Positions 17,493 to 24,000 of a DNA stretch of 24,000 bases are shown in pieces. Under the pieces are notes generated by a model, which worked only from the letters and a program-made list of their open reading frames with translations, was not told where the DNA came from and did not search any database. A program made the translations under genes and the position numbers. Where the stretch lies: positions 94,275 to 118,274 of the forward strand of contig NZ_FTOB01000002.1 of assembly GCF_900156625.1 (NCBI RefSeq), in the 5' to 3' direction. Positions within the stretch are counted from its first letter, which is position 1, and every line of letters starts with the position of its first letter. Source of the stretch: Zobellia uliginosa. GTDB taxonomy: Bacteria; Bacteroidota; Bacteroidia; Flavobacteriales; Flavobacteriaceae.

Positions 17493-18152
17493 TTATTCCG
17501 TCAACTTCATTTCCTCCATTTTTTCCGGTTCTTTAGGAGGCGGTGGTGGTTCAAAATAGGGTGTATAATCTGTGAGCCATATCCTTATGTCTGAATTTAG
17601 AAAGTTCCGTTCGTAAGCTCTACTTAATTCTAAAAAAATTGGTTGGAGCTTATTTAAGCCATCATTTGAGACAGAAATCGAAAGAATATGTTTGGCAGGA
17701 CTTTCACTCCAATTTTCGTCTTTTCCATTATTGGATATATCTTTTTCCAAAACTGATCCTAATTTGGAAAGTTCAAACTTTTTGCAGATCCATGGATTAG
17801 TGAATCTTTTCTCAATACTATCATCATGCACGATCAGTACATTTTTCTGTTTGATAAGGATATCACCTATTTTGTCCCAACAAGGCGTTGATACTTTGTG
17901 GATATATGTAGTATCATTGACCCTCATTATGACAACTGGGACGCTATCATTGCAAACTATCTCGTCAACATGTTTTAAAAGATTACGATAATCGTCGAAT
18001 TCAGAAAATTCTAAAGCAACCATATTATCTTCAATATTAGACACAACATTTTCTGTCAAATCAATGTTTTTATCCTGTTGCCTTTCGTTTTTGCAGCCAG
18101 AAACGACAATAAGCAATATGGTGATTAAGCATTTATTCAATAGTCTTTCCAT
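17493..18152 (-). CDS. Hypothetical lipoprotein
   Basis: 219 aa with a signal peptide and lipobox (LLIVVSGC|KNE) and a Pro-rich C-terminus (EPPPPPKEPEK). I recognise no family. Confidence 0.7.
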   Translation of the reverse strand: MERLLNKCLITILLIVVSGCKNERQQDKNIDLTENVVSNIEDNMVALEFSEFDDYRNLLKHVDEIVCNDSVPVVIMRVNDTTYIHKVSTPCWDKIGDILIKQKNVLIVHDDSIEKRFTNPWICKKFELSKLGSVLEKDISNNGKDENWSESPAKHILSISVSNDGLNKLQPIFLELSRAYERNFLNSDIRIWLTDYTPYFEPPPPPKEPEKMEEMKLTE

Positions 18153-18200
18153 ATTTTGACTCGATAGCTCAAGAAATTAATAGAGTTTCTTTATGTAGGG

Positions 18201-18969
18201 AATGCACCACAACGCTAAATATATGGCAAGTTGGGCGGAAAACAAGTAATTATTTTTGGTTTAGCCACAAGCCAAATCTTTTGTATTTTGTTTTAATTTT
18301 TCTCTTTTAATACCAAATCAAAATATTTGGCGACTTTGCAAATAGACAACAACCTTTCGATTAAACACTAATCGCCAATTTGCTATATATAGTGTGCCTG
18401 TTGCACAAGTTAACGAAAAAACCACATAGGATCAAGGCGATCTTAACGTTGCGTTGTTAATTTTAGGTATGCAGGGAAAAAAGGATTACCAAGAAAAACG
18501 GTTCGCCCATTTCCAGTTGAGCGAGCGAATCCCCGAGAACAATTTCTACAGGCGGTTAAAGGAGGTTTTGGAACTCCGGTTCTTTTACGGCCTTACCGAA
18601 GGCTACTACGGGAACAGCGGCCAAAAGAGCATAGACCCGGTGGTCTTCTTCAAGCTCTGCCTTGTGGGCTACCTGGAGAACATCATCAGCGACCGCAAGC
18701 TTACAAGGTGATGCACCTCTCGGCCATAGCCTATAATCTTAAAAAGTACCTGAAATTCACGGAAAAACGTGCCAAAAGCGGGGCGGGACGGCTTGATTTG
18801 GCAGTCTTGGCAAAAAGTGCGCTTCAATACTTGTTTGGGACTTGCATAAAACATCGAAATTTGGTGCCTCGATTCTGGCCCGACATAAAAAGAGCCCCGT
18901 AAAGAGGCTTATATGAATCCGTTTTTTTGCTTTTCAATGGCTTGTGCAACGATTACTTGTGTTAGCATT
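18201..18969. repeat. attC-like palindrome unit B, split by MITE copy 1 (18393-18956)
   Basis: The left part AATGCACCACAACGCTAAATATATGGCAAGTTGGGCGG (18201-18238) pairs with ATCGCCAATTTGCTATATATAG (18371-18392) plus TTGTGTTAGCATT (18957-18969). The reverse complement of the right part reads AATGCTAACACAACTATATATAGCAAATTGGCGAT. An inner inverted repeat is GCCAAATCTTTTG/CAAAATATTTGGC. Confidence 0.6.
18393..18956 (+). mobile_element. Internally deleted, non-autonomous (MITE-like) IS1182-family derivative, copy 1
   Basis: This 564-bp copy is collinear with both ends of the full IS at 21923-23645. About 1159 bp are missing between GACCGCAAGCT and ACAAGGTGATGCAC. Only transposase fragments remain (85-aa N-terminal and 64-aa C-terminal ORFs). 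Confidence 0.85.
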
Positions 18970-18974
18970 AGTTT

Positions 18975-19535
18975 TTATTCGGGCAATTTATCATATATCG
19001 TAATGTCTACAGGAATTTTTATTTTTTTATTTACTTTTCCAGGCATTTCAAAGTCAATTAAAATATGTCCTTTAAGTTTTTCATATTCTTTGTCAAGTTT
19101 TATTTTAATCCCTAAGTTTTGACATAAAACATTATCATAATCCCATAAAGAGTATTCCTGTAAATTAACAGCTATTTCATTATCTACTATTTGGAGTTTC
19201 TCATTTTTCTCATTTATCAATTCGTAATCTTTAAAGGTACATGTAGTAAAATCCCAAATATCATCGTCTTTGTTGATTATAGTTCCATTGTTTTCATTAA
19301 ACTCTTCCAGTTTCGTTTTGGATATAGGATATCTAGTATAAAGATGTACTAAACTTGTTGGTTGCTTTTTCCTTTCAGTAAAGGCTCCAATAGAAATTGT
19401 TGCTTTTGCTCCAATTTCGTCTAAAAACTGTTCACTCTCGTTTTTAGAATATTTGTAATCGGATTTATCTTGACTATTACAACTGGTCAGAAATACAGTT
19501 AGTGTTATGAAAAAAAGTTTTCTAAAATATTTCAT
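18975..19535 (-). CDS. Hypothetical lipoprotein
   Basis: 186 aa with a signal peptide and lipobox (TLTVFLTSC|NSQ). I recognise no family. Confidence 0.7.
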   Translation of the reverse strand: MKYFRKLFFITLTVFLTSCNSQDKSDYKYSKNESEQFLDEIGAKATISIGAFTERKKQPTSLVHLYTRYPISKTKLEEFNENNGTIINKDDDIWDFTTCTFKDYELINEKNEKLQIVDNEIAVNLQEYSLWDYDNVLCQNLGIKIKLDKEYEKLKGHILIDFEMPGKVNKKIKIPVDITIYDKLPE

Positions 19536-19556
19536 TCTGGAATTTTAGTTTAAATT

Positions 19557-20278
19557 AATGCTAACGGTTTGTATAAGATTAGTTGCGTCGTTTAAGCAAC
19601 TAATTTAGCAAATACAAACCGAACCTGCCAGCCGGCAGGCTGGTAGAAAATCCGCAAGGATTTTCGTAAGTAGGCTAGAACTAGCAATAAATTATATACG
19701 GTGTGCCTGTTGCACAAGTTAACGAAAAAACCACATAGGATCAAGGCGATCTTAACGTTGCGTTGTTAATTTTAGGTATGCAGGGAAAAAAGGATTACCA
19801 AGAAAAACGGTTCGCCCATTTCCAATTGGGCGAGCGAATCCCCGAGAACAATTTCTACAGGCGGTTAAAGGAGGTTTTGGAACTCCGGTTCCTTTATGGC
19901 CTTAGCGAAGGCTATTACGGGAACAGCGGCCAAAAGAGCATAGACCCGGTGGTCTTCTTCAAGCTCTGTCTTGTGGGCTATCTGGAGAACATCGTCAGCG
20001 ACCGCAAGCTTACAAGGTGATGCACCTCTCGGCGATTGCCTATAACCTGAAGAAGTGCCTGAAATTCACGGAAAAACGTGTCAAAAGCGGGGCGGGACGG
20101 CTTGATTTGGCAGTCTTGGTAAAAAGTGCGCTTCAATACTTGTTCGGGACTTGCATAAAACATCTAAATTTGGTGCCTCGATTCTGCCCCGACATAAAAA
20201 AAGCCCCGTAAAGAGGCTTATATGAATCCGTTTTTTTGCTTTTCAATGGCTTGTGCAAGGATTACTAGTGTTACCTGC
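19557..20278. repeat. attC-like palindrome unit C, split by MITE copy 2 (19702-20265)
   Basis: The left arm GTATAAGATTAGTTGC (19571-19586) pairs with GCAATAAATTATATAC (19684-19699) as 12 Watson-Crick, 2 G.T and 2 A.A pairs. The outer boxes are AATGCTAACGG and TAGTGTTACCTG. The interior holds a perfect local palindrome (19566-19620), CCTGCC-agcc-GGCAGG, and GAAAATCC-gcaa-GGATTTTC (19646-19665). The unit is homologous to unit A over most of its length. Confidence 0.6.
19702..20265 (+). mobile_element. Internally deleted, non-autonomous (MITE-like) IS1182-family derivative, copy 2
   Basis: It has the same 564-bp length and the same deletion junction (GACCGCAAGCTTACAAGGTGATGCAC) as copy 1. Scattered substitutions separate it from copy 1 and from the full IS. 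Confidence 0.85.
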
Positions 20279-21679
20279 TGGCTTTTCGGCTTCTAAATCC
20301 CAGTATAATTGCACGTAATTATTGACGGCAATTAGTCTTAAAGTAAATTCGCCCATTATCCATCTTCTTCCATGCCACTTTCCATCATCGAATTCGCTCA
20401 TTTTAAAAGGTCCATCGTCATTTATATCAGGTCCGAAAGCTCCTAATAAGCGGTTTACTAATTCTCTTATTTCTTTATCTATTATAAACCAATTAGTAGG
20501 CTTGTCCTGACTTAAAAAAACAGACCATTCTTCATTCTCGTCGAAAGGATGGAAAGTAACTAATTTATTGAAAAAGCCAAACAAGAAATAAGGAAAGTAA
20601 AATGTTCTGTATTTTCCTGAATCAATTTCGGATTCATAAAAATCATTGGATTCCAAACGGTTTTGAAAAATGTTTAAATCAGTTTGAGGGTCTTTATTGC
20701 CTAAAAAGTTTTTATAAAATTCTAAAAATTCTTCAGGTTTTTGAACTCTAGTATTTATATCTAATTTTTCAAAAACTTTAAGTGTTTTCTTGTAAGACCT
20801 TTTATCATTAATAACATAGAAATTGCAGGTTGACGCATATGCTGCGTGGAACGCGTCTTCTGTTGTATTCTTGAAAGTTTCTTTTCTACCTTTTTTAATG
20901 TTTACTTTATCTTCTTGATAACCGTGCATATCTAATTTTAGATATTCATTAGATATGTCATTAAACCATTTCGGGGCATGCTTGCCATTGTTTTTGAACT
21001 GGTCGACGGTAATACCAAGTTTATCGTAACTTTTGTCAATTAAATCAAATGGGTTTTCAGTATTAAAAATCTTATCCCTATTAATACCCATACCATTTTG
21101 TATTGTTTGTCTTAACTCCTTGTAGCCATCATTTTCATTTAGATTTATATTCATTTGAGAAAAACTTTTGAAAAAACCACCCATTGTAGGCTTATCTTTT
21201 AAACCAGGGAACATATTTTCCATTATGGCTGCGCTTTCAGGGTTTTTGAAAGCTTCTTTAAGCGAATCATCTAATGGTAGATTTTTAAGTAAATCGAACA
21301 ATGGTTTAACTATCTTGTTCGTTTTTTCATCATCTTCGAAGGTCTTCATTAATCCTTCAATACTTAAATCTTTAAATGAGTCTTTACTTTCAATTGTGTG
21401 CTCAAATAACTCCTTAGGTGGATACTGTTCACAAACAATTCCCTTTCCATTGTTATATAAACAATAGTTCTCTGTTAGTTCTGAAATAAACTCTAAGTCC
21501 GAGTTAATCAGTTCCTGTTGTTTTTGATTTTCGCTAAAACTAGCAGATATATCAGTTATATGAGAACTAGAAAAAATAACAAATAAATTGTGATTATTTA
21601 AAAGGATTTCTTTTAACTCCGAATGTGCTCCATTTTTAATTTGAGATAGGACATTCCAGTCAAAATAAACTTTAATCAT
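20243..21679 (-). CDS. Hypothetical protein with PIN-like nuclease motifs (tentative); 3' end runs into MITE copy 2
   Basis: The start is placed at MIKVYFDWNVLSQI (21679), because the 570-aa track ORF begins inside the IS end. The N-terminal xxFDxNVL and distal TEDAFHAAYASTCNFYVINDK resemble the first and last acidic motifs of PIN-like domains. The last 9 codons and the stop (NTSNPCTSH*) are encoded by the MITE terminus. The CDS is well supported, but the product call is weak. Confidence 0.6.
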   Translation of the reverse strand: MIKVYFDWNVLSQIKNGAHSELKEILLNNHNLFVIFSSSHITDISASFSENQKQQELINSDLEFISELTENYCLYNNGKGIVCEQYPPKELFEHTIESKDSFKDLSIEGLMKTFEDDEKTNKIVKPLFDLLKNLPLDDSLKEAFKNPESAAIMENMFPGLKDKPTMGGFFKSFSQMNINLNENDGYKELRQTIQNGMGINRDKIFNTENPFDLIDKSYDKLGITVDQFKNNGKHAPKWFNDISNEYLKLDMHGYQEDKVNIKKGRKETFKNTTEDAFHAAYASTCNFYVINDKRSYKKTLKVFEKLDINTRVQKPEEFLEFYKNFLGNKDPQTDLNIFQNRLESNDFYESEIDSGKYRTFYFPYFLFGFFNKLVTFHPFDENEEWSVFLSQDKPTNWFIIDKEIRELVNRLLGAFGPDINDDGPFKMSEFDDGKWHGRRWIMGEFTLRLIAVNNYVQLYWDLEAEKPAGNTSNPCTSH

Positions 21680-21922
21680 GTTTACTGGTGGTTTTTTGAG
21701 CTTGCAGATAACGGTTGAGCTAAGCGTAGTGCGGAGGTACGACATCTGCGACAGCAGTGGGCGAGTTGGCGCGCTGGCCAGTTTCCGTCTTAACACGAAG
21801 CTAAAGCTTTTGGTTTTGCTTTTTCTTTTTTTGTCCAAAGCTAAATCCCAAAGATTTAGCGCCATTATAAATATACACAGACCTTTCAATTTTGCCCTAA
21901 AGTCCGCATTACGTTTAGGCAT

Positions 21923-23645
21923 TGTGCCTGTTGCACAAGTTAACGAAAAAACCACATAGGATCAAGGCGATCTTAACGTTGCGTTGTTAATTTTAGGTAT
22001 GCAGGGAAAAAAGCATTACCAAGAAAAACTGTTCGCCCATTTCCAGTTGAGCGAGCGAATCCCCGAGAACAATTTCTACAGGCGGTTAAAGGAGGTTTTG
22101 GAACTCCGGTTCCTTTACGGCCTTACCGAAGGCTATTACGGGAACAGCGGCCAAAAGAGCATAGACCCGGTGGTCTTCTTCAAGCTCTGCCTTGTGGGCT
22201 ATCTGGAGAACATCATCAGCGACCGCAAGCTCATGGCCCATTGTTCCCTACGGTTGGACATCCTTTATTTCATAGGGTACGATATAGACGAGGAGCTCCC
22301 CTGGCACAGTACGATAAGCCGTACCCGCCAACTGTTCCCGGAAAGTGTATTCGAGGAAGTCTTCACCACGGTTTTACGTATGTGCGTGGAGAAGGGAATG
22401 GTAAGCGGCCATACCCAGGCCATAGATTCCGCACCGGTCAAGGCCAACGCGAGCATGGACACCTTGGAACTTAAGGTGCCCGAAGGGGAACTGGACGAAC
22501 ACCTGCGCAAGGTACGGGTGCTGAGTGCAATGGACAAAGGGGAGCCACACCGTAAATCGCAGAACGACAGGTCGGACAAGGGCCAGCGCAGCGTTACGGC
22601 CAACCCCAACGAACTGGCGGCGATAAAGGGCCGGAACAAAAAATGGGCGAAGGACCAGGACCAACGCCCGGGCGCCAAGAACAAGGGGGCCAAGTATACG
22701 AGTAACAAAACACATTACAGCCCCACGGACCCCGATGCGAGGATCAGCGTAAAACCGGGCAAGGCCCGAAAGCTGAACTACCTGAGCCAATTGAGCGTTG
22801 ATACGGCCCACCACGTCATTACGGACATCAGGGCCTACCATGCGGACGGGAAGGACAACCAACAGTTGCCGGATATCGTCCAAAGACTTCGGGCAAGGTT
22901 GTGGAAGCAGGGCCTGGTCTGGGAGAACTGTGTAGCGGACACGGGTTACAGTAGCGGGGAGAACTATGCCTTTCTAGAGGATATCGGTCTAAAGAGCTTC
23001 ATTCCGCCCCATGGCACCTACAAGGGCGGTCCGGACGGATTCACCTATAACAATACAGAAGACCATTACGTATGTCCGCAGGGCAAGGTGATACCCTTCA
23101 CCAAGGTGTTCAACGATCACCGTACGGGTACGAAAAAGAAAGCGTACCGCGCATCGAGCCTGATCTGTAAGGGCTGCCCGTTGAAATCCACATGTCTGGG
23201 CAAGGTGAACGAAAAACAATTTTCGGTCACCTATTACCGTGCGGAGTACGAGCGGAACATCAAAAGGGTGAACAGTAAATTGGGGCGCTATATGAAGGGC
23301 AAGCGACAGAGTACGGTAGAGCCCGTATTCGGAACGCTGACCCAGTTCATGGGGCTCAGGAAGATAAACACCATAGGATTGGCACAGGCCAACAAGGTGA
23401 TGCACCTCTCGGCGATTGCCTATAACCTGAAGAAGTACCTGAAATTCACGGAAAAACGCTCAAAAAGCGGGGCGGGACGGCTTGATTTGGCAGTCTTGGC
23501 AAAAAGTGCGCTTCAATACTTGTTCGGGACTTGCATAAAGCATCGAAATTTGGTGCCTCGATTCTGGCCCGACATAAAAAAAGCCCCGTAAAGAGGCTTA
23601 TATAAATCCGTTTTTTTGCTTTTCAATGGCTTGTGCAACGATTAC
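21923..23645 (+). mobile_element. IS1182-family insertion sequence, full length (1723 bp)
   Basis: The boundaries are defined by where the three copies stop being alike (TGTGCCTGTTGCACAAG... ...CTTGTGCAACGATTAC). A subterminal inverted 10-mer GTTGCACAAG lies 7 nt and 6 nt from the ends. It has a single long transposase ORF. I could not identify a target-site duplication. Confidence 0.9.
21999..23591 (+). CDS. IS1182-family DDE transposase
   Basis: 530 aa from the ATG at 21999; the track uses the TTG at 21984. The N-terminal InsH/DUF772-type region is IPENNFYRRLKEVLELRF...GQKSIDPVVFFKLCLVGYLENIISDRKL...PWHSTISRTRQLF. The C-terminal region is STVEPVFGTLTQFMGLRKINTIGLAQANKVMHLSAIAYNLKKYLKF, as in IS1182/IS5-related transposases. 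Confidence 0.9.
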   Translation: MQGKKHYQEKLFAHFQLSERIPENNFYRRLKEVLELRFLYGLTEGYYGNSGQKSIDPVVFFKLCLVGYLENIISDRKLMAHCSLRLDILYFIGYDIDEELPWHSTISRTRQLFPESVFEEVFTTVLRMCVEKGMVSGHTQAIDSAPVKANASMDTLELKVPEGELDEHLRKVRVLSAMDKGEPHRKSQNDRSDKGQRSVTANPNELAAIKGRNKKWAKDQDQRPGAKNKGAKYTSNKTHYSPTDPDARISVKPGKARKLNYLSQLSVDTAHHVITDIRAYHADGKDNQQLPDIVQRLRARLWKQGLVWENCVADTGYSSGENYAFLEDIGLKSFIPPHGTYKGGPDGFTYNNTEDHYVCPQGKVIPFTKVFNDHRTGTKKKAYRASSLICKGCPLKSTCLGKVNEKQFSVTYYRAEYERNIKRVNSKLGRYMKGKRQSTVEPVFGTLTQFMGLRKINTIGLAQANKVMHLSAIAYNLKKYLKFTEKRSKSGAGRLDLAVLAKSALQYLFGTCIKHRNLVPRFWPDIKKAP

Positions 23646-23667
23646 CTTTGTTGGCATTTCGTACTTT

Positions 23668-24000
23668 TTATTTCAGATGCATTTTGGTATTGTCCTTTAT
23701 TTCCTTACCTAAATCTGGTCTTTTTTTTACAATTAATTCTGTGAAAATTTTTTGAATGAATGGAGCCACCCAATACTGTGAATCTTCCTCTGGCGTAATT
23801 CCTATGTCCATAGAATCTGAGTAATCACTTGACATAAAAAAATGGTCATTCGAATAAAAAAGATATGCGAAATGTTGAATAAATAATGATTCAATGTCAT
23901 AAGAAATAATGTCCAGATATTTTATTCTATTTGGATTGTGTATTTCATTGTCGTTCAATAACATATTATGGAAAAAATTGTAATGCGTATTGTCATTACA
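23668..24000 (-). CDS. Hypothetical acidic protein; possibly 5'-partial
   Basis: The track gives 98 aa from the ATG at 23964. The frame has no stop between 23965 and the window edge (…CNDNTHYNFFHN-MLLNDNE…), so the gene may start beyond 24000. I recognise no family. Confidence 0.5.
   Translation of the reverse strand, partial: CNDNTHYNFFHNMLLNDNEIHNPNRIKYLDIISYDIESLFIQHFAYLFYSNDHFFMSSDYSDSMDIGITPEEDSQYWVAPFIQKIFTELIVKKRPDLGKEIKDNTKMHLK

Larger units (their letters stand above)
21704..23659. repeat. attC-like palindrome unit D, split by the full IS (21923-23645)
   Basis: The left arm CTAAGCGTAGTGCGGA (21720-21735) pairs with TCCGCATTACGTTTAG (21903-21918) as 14 Watson-Crick plus 2 G.T contiguous pairs. 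The outer boxes are GCAGATAACGG and CAT|CTTTGTTGGCA. The arm sequence is unrelated to units A to C. Confidence 0.55.

Noticed and set aside
18454-20211. 85-aa and 64-aa ORF pairs (18454-18711/18708-18902 and 19763-20020/20017-20211) as independent genes
   Set aside because: They are the N- and C-terminal remnants of the transposase, left by the internal deletion. The frames are broken at the deletion junction.
16754-21935. G-versus-A differences between repeat arms considered as a diversity-generating retroelement (TR/VR) or retron signature
   Set aside because: The arms are inverted, not direct. No reverse transcriptase ORF is present, and the differences are better explained as G.T wobble positions in a hairpin.
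21680-21955. N-terminal 92 codons of the 570-aa ORF in the track
   Set aside because: The extension starts inside the IS left terminus (past 21923) and runs across palindrome unit D. A good start, MIKVYFDWNVL, exists at 21679.
22241-23405. Alternate-frame and antisense ORFs inside the transposase gene (77, 147, 169, 138 aa)
   Set aside because: They are typical shadow ORFs of a GC-rich coding region. The 530-aa transposase frame explains the region.
18393-23645. Three spaced repeats considered as a CRISPR-like or tandem array
   Set aside because: The repeats are 564-1723 bp IS copies separated by full genes. They are not short direct repeats with spacers.

Overview
AT-rich segment that looks like a Bacteroidota (Flavobacteriia-type) chromosome. 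It has a TonB-dependent receptor, lipoproteins with SGC/TSC lipoboxes and a SusC-era gene style. 1-5.2 kb holds a 5'-truncated LytTR response regulator, a double-GNAT acetyltransferase and a translationally coupled TonB-receptor/pnuC/nadR nicotinamide-riboside salvage operon. 5.2-10.7 kb is a run of minus-strand accessory or orphan genes: membrane protein, TPR-like, DinB, DUF4272-like, secreted esterase and RraB/DUF695-like. 10.9-16.5 kb holds a divergent SDR/LysR pair, an SdpR-SdpI-CPBP immunity-like module, and a Tat-signal cupin with an AraC regulator. The unusual part is 16.5-24 kb. Consecutive minus-strand ORFs (two lipoproteins, a PIN-like protein, a small acidic protein) are each followed by a long imperfect palindrome. 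These palindromes have YAAC...CGTT terminal boxes and an attC-like layout. Four of them are interrupted at the equivalent position and in the same orientation by mobile elements. One is an ORF-less group II intron of about 598 nt, antisense to the genes. Two are 564-bp internally deleted (MITE-like) copies of an IS1182-family element that share one deletion junction. One is a full 1723-bp IS1182-family copy with an intact transposase. A fifth, uninterrupted, GC-rich palindrome sits directly upstream of the AraC gene. My leading hypothesis is an integron-like cassette array (CALIN) whose attC-like hairpins are hot targets for a class-C-type intron and an IS. No integrase is in the window, and a REP/MITE-like repeat family is the main alternative. 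No rRNA, tRNA or CRISPR array was recognised.
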